DNA of 64,000 bases from Eubacteriales bacterium (GTDB lineage Bacteria > Bacillota > Clostridia > Oscillospirales > CAG-272), in assembly GCA_045658565.1 (NCBI GenBank), contig JAZOVF010000030.1:208-64207 (forward strand), in the 5' to 3' direction. The translations under genes were made by a program, and so were the position numbers. Position 1 is the first letter of the stretch, and every line of letters begins with the position of its first letter. The notes below the pieces were generated by a model, which saw only the letters and a program-made list of their open reading frames with translations, was not told the origin of the DNA and ran no database searches. This document shows positions 45,982 to 55,799 of this stretch, one piece after another.

Positions 45982-47187
45982 ATGAAAGTTTTAGTTGTAA
46001 ATGCAGGCTCAAGCTCACTTAAGTATCAGCTTTTTGATACCGATAGCTCTGCTGTTCTTGCAAAGGGAAATTGCGAGAGAATTGGTATCGACGGCTCAAG
46101 AATTATTCACAAAACCGCAGGAAAGAGTGAATATATTAAGGAGCTTGCTCTTAAAGATCACTCCGAAGCTATGAAAACCGTTGTAGAAACAATGCTTGAT
46201 TCGGAGGTTGGATGCATAAAGAATGTTGATGAGATTCAGGCGATAGGCCACAGAGTGGTTCACGGAGGCCCCTATTTTGCTGAATCTGTTCTTGTTACAG
46301 ACGAGGTTATGAGTATTCTCGAAAAGTGCGTTTCATACGCACCTCTCCACACGCCCGCGCACATTATGGGTATCAAGGGTTGTATGTCTGTTATGCCTAA
46401 GACCCCTGAGGTGCTTGTTTTTGATACTGCATTCCACCAGACAATGCCTAAGGAAGCGTTTATGTACGGTATATCCTACGATATGTACGAGGATTACCAG
46501 ATTCGCCGTTACGGTGCGCACGGTACATCTCACAGATACGTAAGCGGTGAAATGATAAAAATTCTTGGCGGTAAGGCAGAGGGTACAAAAATTGTTACCT
46601 GCCATATCGGAAACGGCTCGTCTATCAGTGCTGTAAAGGATGGAAAATGTATTGATACATCTATGGGCTTTACGCCTCTTGACGGTGTACTTATGGGCAC
46701 AAGATGCGGCGCTATAGACCCCGCAATAGTTCCGTTTATTATGGAAAAGAAGGGTTACACTCCCGCTGAAATGGACGCATATATGAACAAGAAGTGCGGC
46801 TTTGCAGGAATAAGCGGTGTTGGCTCGGACTCAAGAGATGTTGAAAGTGCTATGAATGAGGGTAACGAGAGAGCAAAGCTTGTTCTTGATATGCTCAGCT
46901 ATCAGATAAAGAAATACATCGGTTCTTACTCTGCGGCCATGGGAGGCGTTGATGCCATTGTCTTTACCGCGGGAATAGGTGAGCATGTTTCTTACATCAG
47001 AAAGAATGCGCTCTCAGGACTTGAGTACCTTGGAGTTAAGCTTGATGATGCGAGAAATACATTCGGACATTCAAACGACCCTGTAAAGCTTTCGGCAGAC
47101 GATTCTTCTGTTGCTGTTTACATGATCCCCACAAACGAGGAGCTTGTAATTGCAAAGGATACCGAGAACATAGTAAATTCTCTTTAA
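45982..47187 (+). CDS. ackA: Acetate kinase
   Basis: MKVLVVNAGSSSLKYQLF, IGHRVVHGG, RRYGAHGTSH. Confidence 0.97.
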   Translation: MKVLVVNAGSSSLKYQLFDTDSSAVLAKGNCERIGIDGSRIIHKTAGKSEYIKELALKDHSEAMKTVVETMLDSEVGCIKNVDEIQAIGHRVVHGGPYFAESVLVTDEVMSILEKCVSYAPLHTPAHIMGIKGCMSVMPKTPEVLVFDTAFHQTMPKEAFMYGISYDMYEDYQIRRYGAHGTSHRYVSGEMIKILGGKAEGTKIVTCHIGNGSSISAVKDGKCIDTSMGFTPLDGVLMGTRCGAIDPAIVPFIMEKKGYTPAEMDAYMNKKCGFAGISGVGSDSRDVESAMNEGNERAKLVLDMLSYQIKKYIGSYSAAMGGVDAIVFTAGIGEHVSYIRKNALSGLEYLGVKLDDARNTFGHSNDPVKLSADDSSVAVYMIPTNEELVIAKDTENIVNSL

Positions 47188-47195
47188 TTGTTTAT

Positions 47196-47233
47196 ATCCG
47201 CCCACAAAGGTTTTCCGTTGTGGGCGGATTTTT
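47196..47233 (+). terminator. Rho-independent terminator after ackA
   Basis: ATCCGCCCACAA-N10-TTGTGGGCGGAT (12-bp stem) followed by TTTT. Confidence 0.85.
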
Positions 47234-47329
47234 GTTGTATGCATAGAAATACACACAATATAATACCATAAATATCGAAATAAGTCAATAAAGAAATAAA
47301 AATATACTATTTAAAATCAATATAGAATT

Positions 47330-48376
47330 TTATACCTGCAAAAGTTTACACAGTTCGTCTTTTGTTTCTTCTAAAAGTATATCGTTTTTTGTAAAGTCCA
47401 TGCTCACGGAATATATTTCTTCAAGTCTAAAATGCATATCCGATGCAACATTAAACCATCGTTGGGCTTGTTTAAGAGCCTCTTGCTCGATTACTTGCAT
47501 TGCCTTGATTTGTTCTGCTTTTAGCTTGTTTTCCGAAAAGAAATCAGAGGTATCAATTTCGTCACCACTGCCAAAAACTTCAAAGCATGTGGCTGTATCG
47601 GATAGCAAGACAGCCTCGCATTTTTTATCATCTAACGGGCAGGGGAACTTTGTAATATTTGAATGATATTTAGAGATTTCTTTTATCAGCTCATTTATAA
47701 AAATATATCCGGCTTCCTTGTCTCCCTGTATTGCAAAATATCTGTATTCATCTGAATTAAGAGTATCAAACTTTACCTCTCCTCGCTTTCCGAATCCGCT
47801 TATCAGTCTTGAATTTGATTTGGTGTTCGTTATGCTTTTGTTATCTTCTGCCAAAGATTTTATCAGCATTTTTAACAATTTAAAGTCACACCCCGACATT
47901 TTTGCTTCGACAATCTTCGAGTTTACCGTTCCTGCAATACCTAGATACGAGTATGCTGTTTTATAGGCGTTTTTCTTTTCTGCGTTTAGTTCCAGAATTT
48001 CTTTTCTTTGCGCTATTAACCATTTGGTATCCCAGTTTGTTCCGAGGTTAATCAATTCATCTATCGCGCCGGGGATAATTGCATCTCGCTCGTGAGGTGC
48101 TGTTCCGTCGATTATTGCCGCTCTTTTTTCGTTTTTTTCAAATATTACTCCGTCAAGAGAGTCAGGGTCAGAGGAGCAGTATATGTTTTCTATCTTCACA
48201 TCTTTTTTTGAAAAGTAAGAAGAAAGTTTTTTCATAAAACTGCTTTTTCCTGTTCCGGGGCCTCCTTTGATAACATAGATTTTGTCATAATCCTCGGAAT
48301 TAAATACCGTATCAAAATAGCTTCTGAAGCCGGTGTATCCGTTTGCCGCTGCAAAAAATCTTTTTGGTGTACTCAT
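47330..48376 (-). CDS. Uncharacterised P-loop NTPase
   Basis: Walker A GGPGTGKSS and a Walker-B-like AAIIDGTAPHE. The C-terminal 200 aa or so has no motif I recognise. AAAGGAAA RBS. Confidence 0.6.
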   Translation of the reverse strand: MSTPKRFFAAANGYTGFRSYFDTVFNSEDYDKIYVIKGGPGTGKSSFMKKLSSYFSKKDVKIENIYCSSDPDSLDGVIFEKNEKRAAIIDGTAPHERDAIIPGAIDELINLGTNWDTKWLIAQRKEILELNAEKKNAYKTAYSYLGIAGTVNSKIVEAKMSGCDFKLLKMLIKSLAEDNKSITNTKSNSRLISGFGKRGEVKFDTLNSDEYRYFAIQGDKEAGYIFINELIKEISKYHSNITKFPCPLDDKKCEAVLLSDTATCFEVFGSGDEIDTSDFFSENKLKAEQIKAMQVIEQEALKQAQRWFNVASDMHFRLEEIYSVSMDFTKNDILLEETKDELCKLLQV

Positions 48377-48418
48377 ATCATTTCCTTTCGGTGTTATTAC
48401 TTTGAGTTATGATAATTC

Positions 48419-48447
48419 TTGACAATTATATTTTTTTATAGTATAAT
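48419..48447 (+). promoter_or_regulatory. Sigma-A promoter of coaE: TTGACA-17-TATAAT
   Basis: Read directly: TTGACA 48419-48424, TATAAT 48442-48447. Confidence 0.6.
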
Positions 48448-48474
48448 ATTATTTTGAAGGAGTGTGCGTGCATT

Positions 48475-49080
48475 ATGAAAATCATTGGTTTGTGTGGCGG
48501 AAGCGGAAGCGGCAAGGGTGCTGTATCCGAAATTTTTGTCGAAAATTTAATACCTGTTATTGATACCGATGCAATTTATCATAGCATTACTTCAACTCCC
48601 GGTGAATGCCTTGATGCCATTTCTTCAGAGTTCGGGGAGGGGGTTATTAAAAACGGTGCGCTTGACCGTCCCGCTCTCGCTAAACTTGTCTTTTCTTCAG
48701 CCAATTCCGAACAGTTAAGACTAAAGCTTAACGAAATAACCCACAAGTTTGTTATTTGCGAGGTTGAAAGGCTTGTTTCAGTTTATGAAAACAAAAAGGA
48801 AAGAATGTGCGTTGTTGATGTTCCTTTGCTTTTTGAATCGGGATTTGATAAACGCTGTGATGTAACTGTTGCGGTTATTGCTGATATAGAAACCCGAATT
48901 TTGCGTATAATTGATAGAGACGGTATAGACAGAGAGTCTGCAATCGCGCGTATAAACGCACAGATTTCAGCAGATGAGCTTAAGAGACGTGTTGATTATG
49001 TAATTGAAAACAACGCGAATATTTCAGAGCTTCGCACAGAGGTTCTTTCATTGATCAATAAATTAAACAAAGTATTATAA
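48475..49080 (+). CDS. coaE: Dephospho-CoA kinase
   Basis: MKIIGLCGGSGSGKG P-loop at the N-terminus; about 200 aa. Confidence 0.9.
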   Translation: MKIIGLCGGSGSGKGAVSEIFVENLIPVIDTDAIYHSITSTPGECLDAISSEFGEGVIKNGALDRPALAKLVFSSANSEQLRLKLNEITHKFVICEVERLVSVYENKKERMCVVDVPLLFESGFDKRCDVTVAVIADIETRILRIIDRDGIDRESAIARINAQISADELKRRVDYVIENNANISELRTEVLSLINKLNKVL

Positions 49081-49091
49081 GAGGTGAAAAT

Positions 49092-50492
49092 ATGAGCGAA
49101 ACAACTATGGGTAAGAAGATTTTTGATAGTCTTGCTTACTCCAAAAAGAATATATATGAAGAAGCATGCCCCGAAAAAATCAAGAAAATTTTTGACTATT
49201 CCGAAGGCTACAAGAACTATCTTGACAAAGCAAAAACCGAGCGCGAGGCAGTTAAAGCAACTATCGAAATGGCAAAGGCTAATGGCTTTACCGAATATAA
49301 GCTGGGTGATAAACTTACTAAGGGTGATAAAAGATATCTTAACCACAGAGAAAAAAGCGTTATTCTTTTTACTGTTGGCAATGAGGATATAGAGGAAGAG
49401 GGAATTCGTATTCTCGCAGCTCATATTGATTCTCCCAGACTTGACTTAAAGCAGGTTCCGATGTATGAGGATGGCGGAATGGGCTTCCTTAAAACCCACT
49501 ACTACGGCGGTGTTAAAAAGTATCAATGGACTGCGATTCCACTTGCACTTCACGGAGTCATGGTGAAGTGTGACGGAGAGGTTATAGATATAAATATAGG
49601 CGAGGATGACAGCGATCCTGTATTTTATATTAACGATCTTCTGCCTCACCTTGGACAGAAGCAGGCAGCCGAGCCTCTCGGCACGGCAATAAGCGGTGAG
49701 ACGCTTAATATTCTTATCGGCGGACTTCCTTACGACGACAAGGAGGTTTCGGAGAAAATAAAGCTTACAGCACTTTCTATTCTTAATGATAAATACGGTG
49801 TCAGCGAGGAGGATTTCCTTAGCGCTGAGCTTTCGCTTGTTCCCGCCTTCCGAGCAAGAGATATCGGTTTTGACAGAGCACTTGTTGCGGCATACGGCCA
49901 CGATGACAGAGTTTGTGCATATCCTGCTATAACAGCTCTTCTTGATTCTCCGGATACAAAGCGTACCGTAATTGTAATTCTTGCAGATAAAGAGGAAATA
50001 GGCTCTGAGGGGGTAACAGGCATGCAGTCTAAGCTCTTTACAGATTTAATTGAGGAAATTTCTGAGGCTCTCGGAAAGAATGCAAGAGTAGTTAGAAACA
50101 GCAGTAAGTGCCTTAGTGCCGATGTTACAGCTTGCTTCGACCCTAATTTTGCTGATGTTTACGAAAAGAAAAACAGCGCTTTAATTTCTTGCGGTACAAC
50201 TATGAGCAAGTATACAGGCTCAAGAGGAAAATCATCAACAAACGATGCAAGCGCAGAGTATGTTGCATATATCAGAAAAATATTTGCTGAAAACGGTGTT
50301 ATCTGGCAGACTGCCGAGCTTGGAAAGGTTGATGCAGGCGGCGGAGGAACTGTTGCAAAATATATTGCCAATCATAATATCGACACGGTAGACCTTGGTG
50401 TGCCTGTAATTTCAATGCACGCACCCTACGAGGTTGTTTCAAAGGCTGACGTTTATTCCACCTATGAGGCATTTCTTGCTTTTATAAAATAG
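49092..50492 (+). CDS. M18-family aminopeptidase
   Basis: AAHIDSPRLDLK, THYYGGVKKYQW and HDDRVC blocks; 466 aa. Confidence 0.8.
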   Translation: MSETTMGKKIFDSLAYSKKNIYEEACPEKIKKIFDYSEGYKNYLDKAKTEREAVKATIEMAKANGFTEYKLGDKLTKGDKRYLNHREKSVILFTVGNEDIEEEGIRILAAHIDSPRLDLKQVPMYEDGGMGFLKTHYYGGVKKYQWTAIPLALHGVMVKCDGEVIDINIGEDDSDPVFYINDLLPHLGQKQAAEPLGTAISGETLNILIGGLPYDDKEVSEKIKLTALSILNDKYGVSEEDFLSAELSLVPAFRARDIGFDRALVAAYGHDDRVCAYPAITALLDSPDTKRTVIVILADKEEIGSEGVTGMQSKLFTDLIEEISEALGKNARVVRNSSKCLSADVTACFDPNFADVYEKKNSALISCGTTMSKYTGSRGKSSTNDASAEYVAYIRKIFAENGVIWQTAELGKVDAGGGGTVAKYIANHNIDTVDLGVPVISMHAPYEVVSKADVYSTYEAFLAFIK

Positions 50493-50543
50493 CTTTTATC
50501 TCAAATTTTCTTTTGACTGATTTTAGATTTTTTGAGGTGAATT

Positions 50544-51626
50544 ATGATATTTAACAAGCTTATAATAGCAGAGGACAGATTCAGAGAAATCGAGCAATCT
50601 TTGACGCTTCCTGAGATAATTTCAAACAACAAAGAGTATTCCTCTTTAATGAAGGAATATAGATACCTTGAACCTATAATTGAAAAATTTAGGGAATATA
50701 AGGGGGCAGAAAGCGAAATGAAGGACTCCGATGAGATGATGCGCGACTCGAGTGTGGAGCCGGAGCTTCGCGAGCTTGCAGAGGAGGAATTTCACGCTGC
50801 AAAAGACAGAGTTGAGTCTCTTACCGAGGAATTAAAGATTCTTTTAATGCCAAGAGACCCCAACGATTCAAAAAATGTTATTGTTGAAATAAGGCAGGGC
50901 GCAGGGGGCGAGGAGGCAGCACTTTTCGGTGCTGATCTTTACCGAATGTATTCAATGTATGCCGATTCAAAAAGGTTTAAGATTGAGGTTGCAAGACTCA
51001 ATGATACCGAGCTTGGCGGAATTAAGGAAATTGTCTTTAATGTTATCGGTGACGGAGCTTATTCAAAATTCAAGTTTGAAAGCGGTGTTCACAGAGTACA
51101 GAGAATTCCGATAACCGAAACAAACGGCAGAATACAGACATCAACAGTAACCGTTGCTGTTCTGCCCGAGGTTGATGACATTGAGGTTGATGTTAATCCC
51201 GCCGATATTAAGATTGAGTCCTGCAAATCAAGCGGTGCAGGCGGTCAGCACATTAACAAAACCGAGTCTGCAGTAAGGCTTACTCACAAGCCCTCGGGTA
51301 TTGTTATAGAGTGCGACCAGGAGAGAAGCCAGCTTCAAAATAAAGAAAAGGCTATGCGTCTACTCTATGCCAAGCTCTATGATATAAAGCAAAGAGAGCA
51401 GGCTGAGGCAATTGCTTCAACAAGAAAAAGCCAGGTAGGAAGCGGTGACAGAAGCGAGAAGATAAGAACATACAACTTCCCACAGTCACGTGTTACCGAC
51501 CACAGAATAAACAAAACAATTTATTCATTAGATGCATTCCTCGACGGTGATATAGATTCTATTGTTGATGAGCTTATTGCTGTTGATACTGCAGAGAGGC
51601 TTAAGGGTGAGCAGAATGAAAACTGA
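50544..51626 (+). CDS. prfA: Peptide chain release factor 1
   Basis: GAGGQHINKTESAVRLTH (GGQ) and an RF1-type tripeptide region ..RIQTSTVTVAVLPE. Confidence 0.95.
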   Translation: MIFNKLIIAEDRFREIEQSLTLPEIISNNKEYSSLMKEYRYLEPIIEKFREYKGAESEMKDSDEMMRDSSVEPELRELAEEEFHAAKDRVESLTEELKILLMPRDPNDSKNVIVEIRQGAGGEEAALFGADLYRMYSMYADSKRFKIEVARLNDTELGGIKEIVFNVIGDGAYSKFKFESGVHRVQRIPITETNGRIQTSTVTVAVLPEVDDIEVDVNPADIKIESCKSSGAGGQHINKTESAVRLTHKPSGIVIECDQERSQLQNKEKAMRLLYAKLYDIKQREQAEAIASTRKSQVGSGDRSEKIRTYNFPQSRVTDHRINKTIYSLDAFLDGDIDSIVDELIAVDTAERLKGEQNEN

Positions 51627-52671
51627 AGTGATTTCTGTTGATATATGCTCTCCCGAGAATTCTAAAGAAAATCTTCTTCGAGCTGCCGATGTTATCAGAA
51701 ACGGCGGTCTTGTGGTATTTCCAACCGAGACTGTTTACGGACTTGGCGGTGACGGAACAAACCCGGATGCTGCAAAAAAAATATACACCGCAAAAGGCAG
51801 ACCAAGTGATAATCCTCTTATAATTCATATAGCGCACCCTGCTGATGCGGAAAAATACGCAGAGGTAAGCGAAATTTATTTTAAGCTTGCCGAAAGGTTT
51901 ATGCCCGGACCTCTGACTGTTATTCTGAAATCAAAAAGCGCAATTCCTCCCGAAACACGAGGTGGACTTGATACTGTTGCGGTAAGATGTCCCGAAAACA
52001 AGGCTGCAAGACTTCTTATAGAATACTCGGGAGTTGCAATAGCCGCTCCGTCGGCAAATCTTTCCGGCTCTCCGTCGCCAACAACAGCCCGCCATGTTAT
52101 TGATGATATGATGGGCAGGGTAGATATGATAATCGACGGCGGTGAGTGTGAGTTTGGTCTGGAATCTACAATTGTTAAAATTGATGATGACAACAGCTTA
52201 ACACTTCTTCGTCCAGGAAAAATCACGGTTTCTGAGCTTTCGGAGATTGCAGATGTAAAAATTGCGCCTGCGGTCCTTGATAGATTAGGTGAAAACGAGG
52301 TTGCTCTTTCACCGGGAATGAAGTATCGCCACTATGCGCCAAAAGCCCCGCTTGTGCTTCTTGACGGTGGCATAACAGAGCAGGTGAGCTACATAAAAAA
52401 AGAGGGAATTTTAGGTATTGCTTATATCGCTTATACCGAGGACATTGAATTTGTTAAAAGAGAAATTCCCGATATACCTGTTTATGACCTTGGCTCGCTA
52501 AAGGATGAGCTTATTCAGGCTCACAGACTTTTTTATATACTCAGAGAAGCCGATAAGTGCGGTTATAATAAGATATACGCACCGCTTCCAAACACAGACG
52601 GAGTAGGCCTTGCGCTCTATAACCGAATGATTCGCGCTGCAGCGCATACAATAATGAATCTCAGACGTTAA
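51616..52671 (+). CDS. tsaC: L-threonylcarbamoyladenylate synthase (Sua5/TsaC long form)
   Basis: VVFPTETVYGLGGD, KGRPSDNPLI, SANLSGSPSPT, and a Sua5 C-terminal domain. Overlaps the prfA stop. Confidence 0.9.
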   Translation: MKTEVISVDICSPENSKENLLRAADVIRNGGLVVFPTETVYGLGGDGTNPDAAKKIYTAKGRPSDNPLIIHIAHPADAEKYAEVSEIYFKLAERFMPGPLTVILKSKSAIPPETRGGLDTVAVRCPENKAARLLIEYSGVAIAAPSANLSGSPSPTTARHVIDDMMGRVDMIIDGGECEFGLESTIVKIDDDNSLTLLRPGKITVSELSEIADVKIAPAVLDRLGENEVALSPGMKYRHYAPKAPLVLLDGGITEQVSYIKKEGILGIAYIAYTEDIEFVKREIPDIPVYDLGSLKDELIQAHRLFYILREADKCGYNKIYAPLPNTDGVGLALYNRMIRAAAHTIMNLRR

Positions 52672-52698
52672 AAGCTTTTTGAAAGGAATGGTCATATA

Positions 52699-54921
52699 AT
52701 GGCAAAAAGACAGGCTAAAGTACAAGAAAATCCGATGGAAAACGAGGCGGCCGCAACTCTGCAGCCGATAACCGAAACGCTGGAAAAGAACTATATGCCT
52801 TATGCAATGAGTGTAATCGTTTCTCGAGCTATTCCTGAAATAGATGGCTTTAAGCCTTCGCATAGAAAGCTCCTTTACACCATGTATAAAATGGGTCTCA
52901 TAAATGGTCAACGTACAAAAAGCGCAAATATTGTAGGGCAGACTATGCGTCTTAACCCTCACGGCGATGCATCTATATACGAAACAATGGTTCGTTTAAC
53001 CAGAGGACACGAGGCTTTGCTTCATCCCTTTGTTGACTCTAAAGGCTCCTTTGGTAAGCATTATTCACGTGATATGGCTTATGCCGCATCAAGATATACA
53101 GAGGCTAAGCTTGACAGCTTTTGTCATGAGCTGTTTTCGGGTATTGACAAGGATGCTGTTGATTTTGTACCTAACTATGATAATACTATGCAGGAGCCTA
53201 CACTTCTGCCAACCACATTTCCCAACATTCTCGTTTCACCAAACCTTGGTATAGCGGTTGGTATGGCATGCTCGATATGCTCCTTTAACCTTGCCGAAAT
53301 ATGTGACGGAACAATTGCTCTTCTTAAAAATCCTAAAACCTCAATTGACCGCATGCTTGATATCGTAAAGGCTCCCGACTTCTCAACAGGTGCCGAAATT
53401 ATTTACGACAGGGAGCAGATGCGTAAGATTTATGAAAACGGTGTTGGTAGCTTTAAGATGCGCGCTAAGTGGGAGTATGTGAAAAAAGAGCATTGCATTG
53501 ATGTTCTCTCGATTCCTTATTCCTCCTCTATCGAGGCGATAATGAAAAAGACTACCGAGATGATTAAGTCAGGTAAGCTTCGTGAGGTAAACGATGTTCG
53601 TGATGCCATAGACCTTAACGGCTTTAAGCTCACCTTTGACCTTAAGAAGGATGCCGACCCCGAGGTTGTTATGAAAAAGCTCTTTACCGTAACCGAGCTT
53701 CAAAACAATTTTGACTGTAACTTTAACATTCTTGTAAACGGTACTCCAAAGCAGCTCGGCATCAGAGAAATACTTACCGAATGGATAAATTTCCGAGTAG
53801 GATGCGTTACCAGAGAGCTTAACTTTGAGCTTGGAAAAAAGGATGAAAAGCTACATCTGCTTGAGGGACTTGCGCTTATTCTTCTTGACATTGACAAGGC
53901 TATAAGAATAATCCGCAATACCGAAAAGGAAGAGGATGTTGTGCCTAACCTTGCATCAGGCTTCAACCTTACCAAAACCCAGGCAGAGTATATTGCTGAA
54001 ATTAAGCTGCGTAACCTTAACCGCCAGTATATTATAAATAGGGTACAGGAAATCGAGAGCTTAAGAGCCGAGATTGCCGAAATCAAGGAAACTCTTAAGG
54101 ACGAGCTTAAGCTGAAGGGCAAGATAATTGCAACCCTCCAAGAGGTAAAGAAAAAATACGGCAAGCCAAGACTTACCGATATTGTTGAAAAGACCGAGAC
54201 TCCTGCAGTTAAGGAGGATATATTCTTTGAAAATTATAACTGTCGCTTGATACTTACACGCGGTGGATATTTCAAAAAACTTTCTGTTCAGTCTGTACGC
54301 GCTGCCGATGAGCAGAAGCTCAAAGAGGGAGATTTCATTATCTACCAAGAGGATACCGACAACCGCGGAGACGTTCTCTTCTTTACCGACAAGGCTCAGA
54401 TATACAGAGCTAAGGTAGATGATTTTCCTTTGTCAAAGGCCAGCCAGATGGGTGACTACGTTCCCTCCAAACTTCAGATGGATGACGACGAGCATGTTGT
54501 TGGTTGTAAAATGGTTTATGAATTAGACCCCAACCACCATTTTGTTTATGTTTTTGAGAACGGAAAGGGAGTTCGTGTAAATCTCTCTGCCTACGACGCA
54601 AAGTCACGCCGTAAAAAGATTACGGGAGCATACAGCTCAGAATCGCCACTTGCCGGTGTGGTTTACGAGGGGGCAAAGCCTGCTAACATCTTTATACGTA
54701 CAGATGCGGGCAGGGGAATGCTGATTAAAAGCTCGCTTATTCCTGTAAAGGCAACAAGAACAGCTGCAGGTGTACAGATTATGAAGCTACCAAAGAAGGG
54801 GGTAAAGGTTGACCTTGTTACCGATAGAATTGATGATATCGGACAGGATGCCTTGAAGTGTAAAAAACTTGCAATACCTTCGACAGGCTCACCTCTCGGA
54901 CAGTTAACCTTTAATTTTTAA
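52699..54921 (+). CDS. parC: Type IIA topoisomerase subunit A (ParC-like; no GyrA box seen)
   Basis: YAMSVIVSRAIPEIDGFKPSHRK, the active-site AASRYTEAKL, and a beta-pinwheel CTD lacking QRRGGKG. Confidence 0.8.
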   Translation: MAKRQAKVQENPMENEAAATLQPITETLEKNYMPYAMSVIVSRAIPEIDGFKPSHRKLLYTMYKMGLINGQRTKSANIVGQTMRLNPHGDASIYETMVRLTRGHEALLHPFVDSKGSFGKHYSRDMAYAASRYTEAKLDSFCHELFSGIDKDAVDFVPNYDNTMQEPTLLPTTFPNILVSPNLGIAVGMACSICSFNLAEICDGTIALLKNPKTSIDRMLDIVKAPDFSTGAEIIYDREQMRKIYENGVGSFKMRAKWEYVKKEHCIDVLSIPYSSSIEAIMKKTTEMIKSGKLREVNDVRDAIDLNGFKLTFDLKKDADPEVVMKKLFTVTELQNNFDCNFNILVNGTPKQLGIREILTEWINFRVGCVTRELNFELGKKDEKLHLLEGLALILLDIDKAIRIIRNTEKEEDVVPNLASGFNLTKTQAEYIAEIKLRNLNRQYIINRVQEIESLRAEIAEIKETLKDELKLKGKIIATLQEVKKKYGKPRLTDIVEKTETPAVKEDIFFENYNCRLILTRGGYFKKLSVQSVRAADEQKLKEGDFIIYQEDTDNRGDVLFFTDKAQIYRAKVDDFPLSKASQMGDYVPSKLQMDDDEHVVGCKMVYELDPNHHFVYVFENGKGVRVNLSAYDAKSRRKKITGAYSSESPLAGVVYEGAKPANIFIRTDAGRGMLIKSSLIPVKATRTAAGVQIMKLPKKGVKVDLVTDRIDDIGQDALKCKKLAIPSTGSPLGQLTFNF

Positions 54922-54938
54922 ACTAGAATAACAAAAAA

Positions 54939-54960
54939 GGGCTTGCAGAATTGCAAGCCC
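54939..54960. terminator. Terminator hairpin shared by the convergent parC-like and response-regulator genes
   Basis: GGGCTTGCA-gaat-TGCAAGCCC. A T6 run follows on the minus strand. Confidence 0.7.
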
Positions 54961-54969
54961 TAAAAATTT

Positions 54970-55659
54970 TTATATAAGTGTTTCAAACTTGTAACCAACG
55001 CCCCAAACGGTTTTAAGAGTCCATTTATCCGAAACGCCCTCAAGTTTTTCGCGCAGACGCTTTACGTGAACGTCAACGGTTCTTGAGTCACCGAGGTAGT
55101 CAAAGCCCCAAACCTTATCGAGAAGCTGATCTCTTGTGAAAACTCTGTTGCAGTTAGAAGCCAGGAAGTAGAGAAGCTCAAGCTCCTTCGGGGGTATATC
55201 GATAGCTTTACCATTGATTTTAAGCTCATACTTCTGGAGGCTAATTTCAATGTTCTCAAACTTAACAACCTCGTCATCACTTGTCTTTGTGTGAGCATTG
55301 TAACGGCGAAGAACAGCCTTAATTCTTGCAGAAAGCTCTTTCATATCAAAGGGCTTGGTGATAAAGTCGTCGGCTCCGAGTTCAAGACCTAAAACCTTGT
55401 CAAAGACCTCGTTCTTTGCGGTAATCATAATAACAGGCTTCGGTGATATTTCACGAATCTCTCTGCATACCTGCCAGCCGTCCTTTTTAGGCATCATTAT
55501 GTCAAGAAGAACAAGATCAGGCTCGTATATCTTGAAATAATTAACTCCCTCCATACCGTCGCAGGCGGTTTTCACCTTATAACCCTCGTTTTCAAAATAG
55601 AGCTTTAGCATATCGCAAATATTAGGGTCATCATCAACTATCAAAAGCATGGTGTCCAT
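54970..55659 (-). CDS. OmpR-family response regulator with no adjacent histidine kinase
   Basis: Receiver domain (LLIVDDD, LVLLDIMMPKKDG, MITAK) plus a winged-helix output (TVWGVGYKF). ATG at 55659 after GAAGGAAGG. Confidence 0.88.
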   Translation of the reverse strand: MDTMLLIVDDDPNICDMLKLYFENEGYKVKTACDGMEGVNYFKIYEPDLVLLDIMMPKKDGWQVCREIREISPKPVIMITAKNEVFDKVLGLELGADDFITKPFDMKELSARIKAVLRRYNAHTKTSDDEVVKFENIEISLQKYELKINGKAIDIPPKELELLYFLASNCNRVFTRDQLLDKVWGFDYLGDSRTVDVHVKRLREKLEGVSDKWTLKTVWGVGYKFETLI

Positions 55660-55682
55660 GATACTTTTACCTTCCTTCAAGT

Positions 55683-55728
55683 TTAAATTGTTAACTTAGT
55701 TAGAAATATTAAAATCTTAACAATTTAA
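55683..55728. repeat. Perfect 12-bp inverted repeat TTAAATTGTTAA-N22-TTAACAATTTAA
   Basis: Arms at 55683-55694 and 55717-55728. It starts at the last base of the -10 box and ends about 8 nt before the RBS. Confidence 0.8.
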
Positions 55729-55756
55729 TTATACAACATAAATTATGTATAGTCAA
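55728..55756 (-). promoter_or_regulatory. Sigma-A promoter of the response regulator: TTGACT-17-TATAAT
   Basis: The minus strand reads TTGACTatacataatttatgttgTATAAT. Confidence 0.55.
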
Positions 55757-55799
55757 GAATAATTTATAATTTTTTTTAATAATATGAAAAAAATTTCCT

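Noticed and set aside
50544-51626. A programmed +1 frameshift in the release factor gene.
   Set aside because: The gene is prfA (RF1), which has an uninterrupted frame. The autoregulatory frameshift is a feature of prfB (RF2), and prfB is not in this window.
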